A program made the translations under genes and the position numbers. From NCBI GenBank assembly GCA_000002435.2, contig CM018793.1: a DNA stretch of 64,000 nucleotides; one strand, given 5' to 3'. Under the pieces are notes generated by a model that was not told the origin of the DNA, did not search any database, and was given only the letters and a program-made list of their open reading frames with translations. The stretch comes from Giardia intestinalis (lineage: Eukaryota). Below are positions 50,905-60,446 of this stretch, in pieces. Every line of letters starts with the position of its first letter. Position 1 is the stretch's first letter.

Positions 50905-51678
50905 TTATAGCCATATGAGGCAAACGATAAGAATGACCCCAAAGACAATCGCTAATGTCAAATATTTGCAGTCATTGTGACGGCAGAGAAGGCGAGAGGC
51001 TGCCTTGGCACGGCCCGTCGCAACCCTTGCATCTGCAGTTCGAGCATCAATATCCGCACCCAGGTCATCAATCAGTCGAGCATCTTCGTCTAGCCCAGCA
51101 CGGAGTAAAATCTGGTGGTGTTTGAGCTTTGTAACAGGGTCTTGCAGATTCGCTGCCATGGAAACCAGCTCCTGCATCTTAGAAGCCTGGTCGTGCGCCC
51201 TTTCCCATGCATCTATGGCTGCCATTCCCCCTCCCATCTTCTTCGCACTCATGGAATTGATAGCTTTTACAACTGTCTGCTTGAGCGCCACATATTCTTC
51301 AATATACCCATTGAGGATCTTTGTCTGCTGCATGGTGTTCGCATTCTCTAACGACCCTCCCGCCTTCATGTCCTGGTGACGAGCCTTTTCGCTGGAGTGA
51401 ACCCCGGTGCCGCCACCTGTATCCGCGCCTTCGTCGGTGCCAAGGCCAGCATCAGCGTCATCCTCTAGGCTCGGACTCACGCCTTGCAGATGTGTCTTCG
51501 TCTCCAAAAGACGCATTAGGGTCGTCTCGATCTCCCGCCGGATAATGGTGCCCTGGCTCTCCAGCCCCGGGTCGAACCCTACAGACCGAGAAACGGCCTG
51601 TGTAAATCCTTGCACACGTGATTCCAGTGCAGGCAGCTCCCTGCTAATCTTATAGTCGATCTCAATGAAACTGTACAT
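50905..51678 (-). CDS. tail-anchored coiled-coil protein, SNARE-like (Q/R-SNARE candidate)
   Basis: A C-terminal single TM (YLTLAIVFGVILIVCLIWL) sits at the extreme end. It is preceded by a roughly 55-aa heptad segment (ILLRAGLDEDARLIDDLGADIDARTADARVATGRAKAASRLL), the typical SNARE-motif-plus-tail-anchor layout. There is also an N-terminal helical region and an acidic/Gly-rich linker. The start is a true ATG with an AT-rich upstream. Confidence 0.35.
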   Translation of the reverse strand: MYSFIEIDYKISRELPALESRVQGFTQAVSRSVGFDPGLESQGTIIRREIETTLMRLLETKTHLQGVSPSLEDDADAGLGTDEGADTGGGTGVHSSEKARHQDMKAGGSLENANTMQQTKILNGYIEEYVALKQTVVKAINSMSAKKMGGGMAAIDAWERAHDQASKMQELVSMAANLQDPVTKLKHHQILLRAGLDEDARLIDDLGADIDARTADARVATGRAKAASRLLCRHNDCKYLTLAIVFGVILIVCLIWL

Positions 51679-51720
51679 TAAGTTTATATCTTGGCGTTTT
51701 CAGATTTCACACTACAGCCG

Positions 51721-54084
51721 TCACTCGCGCACGTCTAGAAGCACCAGGTAGGAGAAAAGAAAGACCAAGAGAGACATTATGATCTTAGACATGTGGAAGG
51801 GAGACCGAAAAAGGAACAACACCCATGCTGAATAGAACAGGCCCATGCTTATGGCATAGGCACACACGTTGCGTTGCGATATACAGAAGTTGAAAATGTG
51901 AGAGTGGAAAATACGACGGCATACACAGACAGAGCAAAAGTAGCAATACGTCCCCTGCTCAGGTTTCAAACAGGTTGAGCACAGATGGCTAGCCTCTGGT
52001 AATGCACTATCAGGTTTCACGGAAACCAAAACTCCGGCTAAATGCTGTCTATTTTCCTTGTCGCTGGAGAGGTCAAAAGGTGGCCGAGGTTCTACTGTAT
52101 AGAGGCAGTTGGCAGATCGGGTGAGCGACCTCGACACCAGAACATCACAGATCCTATAGACGGGTTCGGCGCTCATGATAGCCGAACAGGATGCAGAAGT
52201 GTCCGGAGTGTGTGTGCCTGTGCCTGTGCCTGTACCTGTACTTGTACCTGCATCAGTGTGCTCTTCTATCATCCTCCGGCTATTCCACATGTCATCGGAG
52301 AACCTTGAACTTTGCATGAAATCGTTCTTCGCTAGCGATATTGATGCCGTGCGGTCCAACCGCAAAGCATAGGTAGTAATAAAGAACAATGCTGAGAAGA
52401 CAACAGATACTAAAGAGCCTATTTGCAAGGTAAAATTATAGAGCCTGTGCTCAAGCAAGGTGCGTAGAGATGGTAGTAAGAAAAGCATGTAATTCTGCAC
52501 CCGTTTTGAAGTATGTGTCTGTATCGGCAGCTGAGTAGATTGATCTAAAAATAACTCGATCAGAATGCTGATTCCCAATCCAAGAAGCGATGCGGCATAC
52601 AGCAATATACCTGTATATCTAGATAGGCAGTCCAGGACTATGCCATACGTTGAACAGGTATTAGTGAGTATCTTGCAAGCAAGGGAATTTGGACACACGC
52701 AAGACAGATCAGAATTCATACAACACCCCTGCTGCATGAACCTCCGAGCTGACCTCTTATCAGATGCTGTGTAAACCATCTGCATAGAGCCGCAAATTTT
52801 CGCTTTGCAGAACTTCTCCGCTGCCCGAAAGAGCATTTTCTTTTCTGCGATTGACCTAGATATTATGAAATTGTAAATGTTGTGATACTGTTCTGTGTAA
52901 AATAAAAGCTCAATTACGCTACATCCCCTTGCAAAGGCATGTAGCAGAGGTAACTGCATATGTGGCTCATCATCTATTTTTAGGGGAAGCATTGTTACCA
53001 ACAGGTCGTCGGCTATAGAATGCTTTATCAAAAGGGACACTATGTCTCTGTTACTATAGAGTATGGCAAGGGCGAGGGCATTCGTCTGCAGGTTTCCAAA
53101 CCTGTGCTGCAGCTGCTTGCGGAGTGCAGTTTCTCCACCGATCTCCTTAATTAAATGGACTATGGCCGATACACAGTCAATAGAGTTAGACGAAATAGCA
53201 CAGCTTAAAAGATTGATGTTCGTGTCTTTTGTGAGTACGTCAATCATCCCCTTGTCATACTGCAGCAGCCAGAGGACACAGGAAAGGCGACCATTGAGGG
53301 CGGCAGCATGTATAGGAAGCATGCCGCAGGTGTCATAAGCATAGCAAAGAGGTGTCTCCGTGTCCTCGCCAGTCGTTAATTTGGAGGACATTAGGTATGA
53401 AAGACTATCAAAGTTGACCGCAGAGAGTGTGTGCATATCATTCGTTATGATAAGGTCGCGAAAGCTAACCCCTCCTCCAAACTGTGAATAGACTGAGAGA
53501 ATATACTTAATAATAAATGTGTTACCACGAATAATAGCTAACTGGAGGAGCCTTGTAACGTCCACAACATTCATTATGCTAAGTACGCAGTGGGCCTGCA
53601 ATGTTTGACTAAACAAGCTTGTAGCGAATTCATCTATGTAGAAGTTTGCTGAAATCACCATGGGCTCAGCAGAATGTCTATCAGTCAGTGCCGCCAACTC
53701 AATGGGCAGGAGCTGAAGAGAATTCGAGGACCTCGTCTCAAGCAGGAGTCGGAGTGAATCTGGACACGATTTTCTTAGGTCAAGTAAGCTGTATGTTGTG
53801 ATCTCTCCTAACACTATCAGATGCGCAATGTTGAATCCCCGCAGCGTAAAAGAACCGATATCATCTATTGATGCATTCTGAATACTAGCAAATCCGTTCT
53901 CGTTCAGACGCTGTACAGCTCCGGTGGGATTGTCCGGTTTAGTATCCTCGAACTTACGGCAATCTAAAACAGCTCTGGCCAGGGTAGAGTCGACATTATC
54001 CTCGAGCTCTTCGAGGGTCGAGGGAGCGACTACACAAAGATCATTTTGAGTCCTAATCCCCATGCGCCGGATTAGCTCAAAAGG
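51721..54084 (-). CDS. ankyrin-repeat membrane protein with a degenerate DHHC-type cysteine-rich domain (AKR1/ZDHHC13/17-like architecture, catalytic Cys apparently lost)
   Basis: Ankyrin repeats (MLPIHAAALNGRLSCVLWLL, NLLSCAISSNSIDCVSAIVHLI, NALALAILYSNRDIVSLLI) are followed by TM segments (ILLYAASLLGLGISILIELFL, LQIGSLVSVVFSALFFITTYAL). Near the C-terminus, CSTCLKPEQGTYCYFCSVCVCRRIFHSHIFNFCISQRN parallels the DHHC-CRD C-x2-C-x9-HC-x2-C-x2-C-x4-DHHC-x5-C-x4-N, but has HSHI where DHHC should be. Two further TMs follow. Start choice is uncertain: in-frame ATGs occur at 54405, 54177 and 54084. The ATG at 54084 has the best AT-rich context (aaaatattaATG) and avoids overlap with the phosphatase gene. 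Confidence 0.45.
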   Translation of the reverse strand, partial: PFELIRRMGIRTQNDLCVVAPSTLEELEDNVDSTLARAVLDCRKFEDTKPDNPTGAVQRLNENGFASIQNASIDDIGSFTLRGFNIAHLIVLGEITTYSLLDLRKSCPDSLRLLLETRSSNSLQLLPIELAALTDRHSAEPMVISANFYIDEFATSLFSQTLQAHCVLSIMNVVDVTRLLQLAIIRGNTFIIKYILSVYSQFGGGVSFRDLIITNDMHTLSAVNFDSLSYLMSSKLTTGEDTETPLCYAYDTCGMLPIHAAALNGRLSCVLWLLQYDKGMIDVLTKDTNINLLSCAISSNSIDCVSAIVHLIKEIGGETALRKQLQHRFGNLQTNALALAILYSNRDIVSLLIKHSIADDLLVTMLPLKIDDEPHMQLPLLHAFARGCSVIELLFYTEQYHNIYNFIISRSIAEKKMLFRAAEKFCKAKICGSMQMVYTASDKRSARRFMQQGCCMNSDLSCVCPNSLACKILTNTCSTYGIVLDCLSRYTGILLYAASLLGLGISILIELFLDQSTQLPIQTHTSKRVQNYMLFLLPSLRTLLEHRLYNFTLQIGSLVSVVFSALFFITTYALRLDRTASISLAKNDFMQSSRFSDDMWNSRRMIEEHTDAGTSTGTGTGTGTHTPDTSASCSAIMSAEPVYRICDVLVSRSLTRSANCLYTVEPRPPFDLSSDKENRQHLAGVLVSVKPDSALPEASHLCSTCLKPEQGTYCYFCSVCVCRRIFHSHIFNFCISQRNVCAYAISMGLFYSAWVLFLFRSPFHMSKIIMSLLVFLFSYLVLLDVRE
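52207..52250. repeat. imperfect (GT/AC)n-(GCCTGT)n microsatellite inside coding sequence (encodes TGTGTGTGTH on the minus strand)
   Basis: The sequence gtgtgtgtgcctgtgcctgtgcctgtacctgtacttgtacctg is read directly. On the coding minus strand it translates as a Thr-Gly dipeptide repeat within a disordered linker of the ankyrin/DHHC-like protein. Confidence 0.6.
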
Positions 54085-54175
54085 CATTAATATTTTAGGG
54101 TGCCATAAAACAGAAACGGCCGCTTCAAAAAATCGGCACTGTAAAAAAAGCCGTTGGGCCGAAATTTGAGGAGCC

Positions 54176-55432
54176 ATGGGTATGACACATTCCTTCATCA
54201 CAGAGTGGGATAATACCCCCAAGACCAAGATGCGTTTTAGTCGGGAGGTAAGCTTTGCAGAACTCCAAAGGGTGACCAACTGTATGGCTAAGCACGAAAT
54301 TCCCAGCATTGAGGACTTTATATGGGTGCTTAAGGAAGCTGCTAAGGTTCTTTCCACTTTACCAAATAATGTCCACGTGATTCCTGAGCCTAATGACCGC
54401 CTCATCTTTGTTGGGGATTTGCACGGGTGCTTTGAGACATTGATACGTTTATTCCTTGGGTATCCGCAACAAAATATCCCCAGAACGGGCTTCCCAGGTG
54501 AGATAGTTGATGGCAGACGCCTTGTTTACTTTTTCAACGGAGACTTTGTTGACCGAGGAGGGTCTGGATATCAGATTGTCTTCCTCCTGGCGTACATGGC
54601 AATTGCCTGCCCTGGTTCGTGCTATCTAAATCGCGGAAATCACGAGTCCGAAATGTTCGGTCTTTCGACGCAGGGCATGCTTGGGAACAAGTTCATGTCG
54701 GAGATGGCTGGTAAATTTTCTGGAATGGACCCGGAGACGTACAGGCCAGCTATTGGCGAATTCTTTTGCGCCCTTCCCATTGCCCACACCATAGATCGCA
54801 ATATATTTATGGTGCACGGTGGGGTACCCCTGGGAGACGACCTCAGTAATGTTCCGCGAGCTGCTCCGCAATCGTATTTCAGCACCGGGTCGCCTGCCCC
54901 CATACCCAAGGGGCTCAAGCCATACAAGATAAGCAACCTGGACAACCTAACTCCCTCACGCCAAAAAACAACGAACTTTGAAGACAATCCTCGCAAACAA
55001 AATGAGCTCTGGCACTCCTTTGTCTGGAACTATGACCGTCTACCGTACAGCGCCGACTTCATGGAAGAGAATAATTTCAAGACTATGGTTCACTCACATA
55101 CGGCCACCCCGTTCCACCAGATAACGTCCTTCCTTCCGCTTGAGAAAACCTCGGGAGAAAAGTACTCCATCCAATCGGTCATTAAGAACCAGGAGATGTT
55201 CGATAGAATGAAGGCTTTCTTCGCGAGCCACCAACTAGCAAACAGCAGTAAGCTCTCCATCTTGGAAATCTTCTCTTCTCCCACTAATAACGGGACTGTG
55301 TACGCAGCCTGTGTTGACGCCGTCCCCGGGGAGCCAGGCCAACGCATCAACTACGACCCCTTCCAGTGGACTTACATCTTCTTGGGTAACGCATCAGAGT
55401 ATAACTTTATACAGCAAGGAACCACGTACTAG
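54176..55432 (+). CDS. PPP-family Ser/Thr protein phosphatase (calcineurin-like metallophosphoesterase fold) with insertions
   Basis: The protein carries GDLHG (VGDLHGCFETL), GDFVDRG, GNHE (NRGNHESEMF) and HGG (MVHGGVP) in canonical order. The pre-GDLHG region resembles the PP1 N-terminus. ATG candidates are at 54176, 54182, 54230 (MRFSREVSFAELQRV, which gives a PP1-like 57-aa lead) and 54284. The C-terminal 120 aa or so are a non-canonical extension. Confidence 0.75.
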   Translation: MGMTHSFITEWDNTPKTKMRFSREVSFAELQRVTNCMAKHEIPSIEDFIWVLKEAAKVLSTLPNNVHVIPEPNDRLIFVGDLHGCFETLIRLFLGYPQQNIPRTGFPGEIVDGRRLVYFFNGDFVDRGGSGYQIVFLLAYMAIACPGSCYLNRGNHESEMFGLSTQGMLGNKFMSEMAGKFSGMDPETYRPAIGEFFCALPIAHTIDRNIFMVHGGVPLGDDLSNVPRAAPQSYFSTGSPAPIPKGLKPYKISNLDNLTPSRQKTTNFEDNPRKQNELWHSFVWNYDRLPYSADFMEENNFKTMVHSHTATPFHQITSFLPLEKTSGEKYSIQSVIKNQEMFDRMKAFFASHQLANSSKLSILEIFSSPTNNGTVYAACVDAVPGEPGQRINYDPFQWTYIFLGNASEYNFIQQGTTY

Positions 55433-55598
55433 TATCAGCTCCCATGGTGTGTTGAAATTGTGATTTATCTTTGGTGATAGGTAAACAAGTAAACAGGCAA
55501 CGGCAATCTAAATATTCTAGTGCAGATTGATACAATTAATAATTTCGGTTAGGTGCTTCCTTGCGGGCGCCTGTGGGTTAGTATCTATCACTCTCCAG

Positions 55599-55970
55599 CT
55601 AAAGCTCTAGAAGGGATGCGGCGTCGGCCACCTCCGCTGCTAGGCGTACAGGTATCGGGGCAAAAACGGGGATGTCGGCGGTGGTCTTATTCTTGGCCAC
55701 TTGTGCCCCATACCGAAGCTTATAGTAAAGATAATGTATCACCACTCCCATCACATCAGAAGAAATGTCGAGCTTTATGGGGCCTTCCTGGTCAACCCTT
55801 TTAAAGTATGGGCTCTGGAGGTAGGCCCTCTTAGATATAAAGTGTCTTCCACCGTCTTTATCGTGAAGCTCCCTGTATTGTTCTTGTGTAGGATCAATGG
55901 GAAACGGATATTCCACGGCAAATCCCCCAGATCTTCCTGACGGCACAAGTTTTTGTCCTGCATGTTTCAT
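55599..55970 (-). CDS. Elongin C (SKP1/BTB-fold adaptor of Cullin2/5 E3 ligases) homolog
   Basis: This is a 123-aa protein. [51 protein letters not shown] aligns with human Elongin C [64 protein letters not shown] aligns with [20 protein letters not shown]. The start is a true ATG with the context ataacaaaaATG. Confidence 0.7.
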   Translation of the reverse strand: [123 protein letters not shown]

Positions 55971-55998
55971 TTTTGTTATAGAATTTATTATAGAATAC

Positions 55999-58900
55999 TC
56001 ACTCAGCTTTCAGCCGCGCAAGAAGCTGGCCCAGAGCCGCATTTTGTATGGGTCCCTTGTTTAACCGGTTGACAATCTGTTGCACCTTTTCATTCACGAG
56101 CACCCTAGGGTCCTTTTCACTTGCCTCTGCTATAGCGGTCAACAAAGCCACCAGTGTATTTGTTTCTATTCTAGAAGAAGTAACGATATAAGTATGCGTG
56201 CATGACACAGGATCTAGCTGCGTATATCTTTTCAGTAATAGGTCAGTGACAGGTCCACAATCAACTTCAAGACTCAGCCGAAGGGTATACTCCATCAGCT
56301 TGGTCAAAAGCTCCAGGTGTCCTGTACACTCTATAGTGGCCAGGATAGCTGAGGACATCCCGTTGCATTTATCTTTTCTTATCAGGGATATCTTAGTTGC
56401 TATTAGTATTAGTAGTACAGAGTACTGAAACATGATTTGTACCAATGGTATTTCTGACGCAAAAACCTGTAAAGGTGTGGAATTATTTTCTTGCTGCAAT
56501 CTACCAATCAGTTTAAATATATCTGATATGGAAATAAATGTGAAGGCTTGACCAGTACATCGAGCCGTTTTAACTGGGAGTTGCTCCTGGTTTGGAACCG
56601 CTCCCTCAGAGATGATACTGAGGTAGTTCCCCAAGGCCGAGAGCATGCTTACTACTATGTCCAGTTGCTTGTCTGTAGTTGCTGTCCACGATAGCACATG
56701 CTGGCAGATAAGCCCAACAAATGTATCCTGTCGTAATATGGAAGTAGCAGGGCGGTTAGAATCCACTGTGCATAGTATCAATCCAACATTCAAATTAATA
56801 TTTGTCTCTATAAAAGATGATGCTGTAGACAACGTGTTTTGTGAACCATGACGCTGTGAAGATACAGGTAAACAAATAGGGTCTACTAGACCTTGTGGGT
56901 CCTCTCTGTGGATGGTGAAAAACGATCTTTTGGTAGGGGGCTCTCGCTCTTCAATTGCGGTGGTCAGTTCTATTAGAATTCTATAGAGGACAATAACATC
57001 ATATATAGCAATGGGAGTATTCTCTTTACGGTCTTTATTGATAAGGGAAGACTGGCCTGCTATGAATAGCTTGTACAGTGCACACTGTGTGGTATATAAC
57101 TCGTGTGGCATGAGCCTGCCTATCCCAACCCTGTCGGTATATAACTCTATTATCTCTCTGGCTTGTGAAAACATCTTAGAGTTTGCTTCGGGTGTCTGTG
57201 CTTCTGTCTGTATTAAATCATGCACTAGCTCGATAGAATATTCTATTAGAAGCTTTAGGTATTTATTATGCAAGGCGCAAAGGGACAAGTATCTTCTTGT
57301 GAGAGCCAAGAGCATAGTTGTAAGAATACTCGTTATCGCTGCACTAGGATTTACCAGAGAACCTCCCACATTGTGCTGGCGAGTAATGTATAGGCCCATG
57401 ATGGCTGCCAAGACCTCAAAGTCGAACAGCTGAAGATCTTCGTCTACTTCTAGCAAAGTGATCACGTGCTTTGTGAGCTGGATGGCGCTATCTATGTCTT
57501 GGCCATATATTAGGACACTTATGAACAAGTAATAGAATTCATATCGTGTTACGCCGTGCTTCCTTGCTAAAACGTTACTGGGCATACTTTTGTCAGTAAA
57601 CCACTGCTGAATATCTCGGAGAAGGGATGTTGACTGACTAATTAAATTGGCAGAAAGCTCCTTTATTGCTTCTCCGTTATTCTGAGAGGGCGTAGAAAAA
57701 GACGATGAGGATCCCTGAGAAGATACTCTGGCCTTACCGCACAGAGCCTCTATCTCTATAAGTGCGCACTGCACTACTAAGATGATGGACCGAGGATTGC
57801 TTTTCATACCATGCACAAGCTCAAGCAGCTGTGGGCACGGTATATCGCCTCTGGAAATTAGTGCTGTCAAGAGGTAAAACGAACGGTCATGTAGCATGGC
57901 CGTCATTTCTTTGTATTCATTGGTATTACTATTGTCAATATATACTCTGAATATACTTTTCAGTGTTGGCAGAATAGATGTAAGTTCTTGTCGATCTACA
58001 GTGTCTCCAGTTAAGATTACAATGTCCAGAACTAAAAGCACAATCTTGGTAGCGTATAGCTGATTGTTCTCTGAAATCTCTGTGGCGTATTTACCATCTT
58101 TCGGTTGTGTGGAGCGAAACGGAGACAGGCTACCTTTGTTAATCTCCTCGCGAAATATAAGCAAACCTGTTAGTGTGCGATCTATAATGGCTTTTGCAGC
58201 ACGAATCGCAGAAGATAGAAAGCCATTTTCTGCCAGGAATGACAGTATATTGGACAGCCCTGCAAACATAACGCCAGCTGGATCCTGAATACAGGAGCAT
58301 GTATCTAGGGCGTCCTGGATGCTACTATTTATTTGCTGACATGACTCTGCGCGGGCGGGTGCTGGCTTGCTTGTGACTAAGTGCTGGACTGTGCGCTTCA
58401 CCTTCAAGATTGCATCTGCAAAGGGCCATGGACATAGTTCCTGAGGCTTTGTTATACAGTAGTCAATGCTATAGCCAACAGAGATAGGCGTCTTCATCAG
58501 CGTCAGTAGTATAGATGCGTCTGCAAATGTGCGCAATATATTGGCAAGTGACTGCTTTGATGCTGCCTTGAGCTCAAACATCTGCTTGAGGATTCGAAAG
58601 ACACGGTCAATGAAGGAGATATTTGTTTTATAAAGAGATTGTCTATATGAGCGGATTGCAATCCCATCTAAGATGAGGTTTATAATAGCATCTTGCTGGT
58701 CGCCCTTTCTATAGAATGAGGCAGCATATGCAAGGCGATCAAGGAGCACGCTGCTATCCCCTGATTCGTAGACTTGAATGAAAAGGAATTTGAGCTCAAC
58801 AATATGATACATGAATATCTGCTGCAGAAGCTCTGGTGACCCAGACTTGAACAGAAAGGACGGCTGAAGAACAAGCTTGAATACTGTTGAGAGACAAACC

Positions 58901-59307
58901 AGTAAATCGTCGTACGTCTTAGAGCTCCATATCTTGCTACTGAATGCCGTGGGTGGTCGACTCCAGTGGTGCCTTATTAGCTGACCGAGCGATCTGAGAG
59001 CAACTACGAAGAGCGTAAGACCACGCTGCATATCCATGGTCTCACTTTCAACCTGATACAAGCGAAAGGCCAGCAAATGGAGGGCACAGTATATTTGAGT
59101 AAAGTCCTCAGTGGTATCAGTCATCGCGTCAAGCTCTTTATCAAGTTTTATGCAGAGATGCCAAAGGTCAGGCCCCATTTTCGCTGTGTCTTCACTTCGA
59201 GTCTCTGCTACTTTATCCAAAAGATCCGTGAGAGTCTCTAGCTTTGGGAGCACTCCTCTTTCTAGTCCAACAATGAGCCCCACCATATTCTCAGAAAAAG
59301 AGGACAT
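55999..59307 (-). CDS. large (1102 aa) alpha-helical repeat protein, function unknown
   Basis: The ORF starts at a true ATG (ttaaaacggcATG) and is uninterrupted. Its composition and periodic hydrophobic helices suggest a HEAT/ARM-like solenoid. I recognised no catalytic motifs. Confidence 0.5.
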   Translation of the reverse strand: MSSFSENMVGLIVGLERGVLPKLETLTDLLDKVAETRSEDTAKMGPDLWHLCIKLDKELDAMTDTTEDFTQIYCALHLLAFRLYQVESETMDMQRGLTLFVVALRSLGQLIRHHWSRPPTAFSSKIWSSKTYDDLLVCLSTVFKLVLQPSFLFKSGSPELLQQIFMYHIVELKFLFIQVYESGDSSVLLDRLAYAASFYRKGDQQDAIINLILDGIAIRSYRQSLYKTNISFIDRVFRILKQMFELKAASKQSLANILRTFADASILLTLMKTPISVGYSIDYCITKPQELCPWPFADAILKVKRTVQHLVTSKPAPARAESCQQINSSIQDALDTCSCIQDPAGVMFAGLSNILSFLAENGFLSSAIRAAKAIIDRTLTGLLIFREEINKGSLSPFRSTQPKDGKYATEISENNQLYATKIVLLVLDIVILTGDTVDRQELTSILPTLKSIFRVYIDNSNTNEYKEMTAMLHDRSFYLLTALISRGDIPCPQLLELVHGMKSNPRSIILVVQCALIEIEALCGKARVSSQGSSSSFSTPSQNNGEAIKELSANLISQSTSLLRDIQQWFTDKSMPSNVLARKHGVTRYEFYYLFISVLIYGQDIDSAIQLTKHVITLLEVDEDLQLFDFEVLAAIMGLYITRQHNVGGSLVNPSAAITSILTTMLLALTRRYLSLCALHNKYLKLLIEYSIELVHDLIQTEAQTPEANSKMFSQAREIIELYTDRVGIGRLMPHELYTTQCALYKLFIAGQSSLINKDRKENTPIAIYDVIVLYRILIELTTAIEEREPPTKRSFFTIHREDPQGLVDPICLPVSSQRHGSQNTLSTASSFIETNINLNVGLILCTVDSNRPATSILRQDTFVGLICQHVLSWTATTDKQLDIVVSMLSALGNYLSIISEGAVPNQEQLPVKTARCTGQAFTFISISDIFKLIGRLQQENNSTPLQVFASEIPLVQIMFQYSVLLILIATKISLIRKDKCNGMSSAILATIECTGHLELLTKLMEYTLRLSLEVDCGPVTDLLLKRYTQLDPVSCTHTYIVTSSRIETNTLVALLTAIAEASEKDPRVLVNEKVQQIVNRLNKGPIQNAALGQLLARLKAE

Positions 59308-59381
59308 GCCGTTTTAAGGGTTAAACCCAAGGAGAGAGACACGACATAAATTCACTAAACGTTTACCGCGAGTGGCTAATG

Positions 59382-60446
59382 TCATACGGTTGGAGATAAT
59401 AAGGAGGATACGTTGCCAAAGTGATGACTGGAAAACTTGACGAAAACCGCCGGTGGATGGCTACCCTGAGCTAGCTTCGTGACATGTATCCAGGTAGACA
59501 AGAGGAAAGCACGCTCAGACGCCAGCATCTCTGGACTGTAAGTGGTAAAAAAAGACAGCCTTTCAGTCCAGCAAGGCAACCCAAACGCCTCATTGACAAG
59601 TAAAACGCCTGCTGCCGTCAAGGCCGAAGGCTTATACCTATAACTTTCTGGAGTCATGGCGCACATCTGAGTGAGGTAATGCAAGAGAGACTTCTGTTGC
59701 ATCGTGAATCCTGCGGCATTGCTGAAGAACTTCACGTAGTGATAAGGAGTAATTGTCTCGACATGGAAATTAAGATAGTGTAGTAGGACAATCTCATTTC
59801 CGTATAGATCGGTGCTGGTGAAATGGGTATTGTTCTCCCCAAATAGTTTCGATAAAAGTCTAGATCCCGGTAAGATCCCCCACTGGCTTGGCTCTACTTT
59901 TTGGGCCACGAACAGAGCCGTCGCAAGAAGGTAGGGGCTCGTTGTTCCTATGTTAATTTGGGTCAAGATGCGGTGCACAATGTCGATTGCCAGATAAATC
60001 GCGGTCTCACACATCTTGAGTGCATTAGCACAACGGAGGAGATTGTTGAAAATAAGTCTAATGTCTTCATCTGATAAGCCCTGGACACGCTGGGGATAGT
60101 CTGGAGACACTCTATTTATATAGTCCTCTTCGTGATCCAGGTAGAACCTCGAAAGATTGACACACTCACGGTTCACATTCATATTCATAGATACCAATTC
60201 ATCCCAGGTTATCGACACGTGGCGAATTGTTGGATATAAAGAAGCTTTTGTAATGAAGAAGCAGGATGGGTCCGGGGCAAGAATCTGCTGCGCCTCAAAC
60301 TTAGTGCCAATATCATCATGAACCAGCTGGTGACTTGGCAATGCAGATGGCTCCAATGCCATTTTGTGTCCTGACTGTGCAAGCGCCCTTTTTAACTTCA
60401 ATTTTTGTATGTAATTCTCACATTTGCTAATGAAGGAGCCCTGCAT
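59382..60446 (-). CDS. cyclin (two cyclin-box folds)
   Basis: The first cyclin box reads ...LRCANALKMCETAIYLAIDIVHRIL...SPYLLATALFVAQKVEP. The second reads NEIVLLHYLNFHVETITPYHYVKFF. Both match consensus positions (MR.IL.DWL..V...LQLVG.TAMFIASKYEE; E..IL..L.F.L..PT...FL.R). The track start at 60569 is GTG. In-frame ATGs occur at 60446 and 60362, and the choice between them is uncertain. Confidence 0.7.
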   Translation of the reverse strand: MQGSFISKCENYIQKLKLKRALAQSGHKMALEPSALPSHQLVHDDIGTKFEAQQILAPDPSCFFITKASLYPTIRHVSITWDELVSMNMNVNRECVNLSRFYLDHEEDYINRVSPDYPQRVQGLSDEDIRLIFNNLLRCANALKMCETAIYLAIDIVHRILTQINIGTTSPYLLATALFVAQKVEPSQWGILPGSRLLSKLFGENNTHFTSTDLYGNEIVLLHYLNFHVETITPYHYVKFFSNAAGFTMQQKSLLHYLTQMCAMTPESYRYKPSALTAAGVLLVNEAFGLPCWTERLSFFTTYSPEMLASERAFLLSTWIHVTKLAQGSHPPAVFVKFSSHHFGNVSSLLSPTV

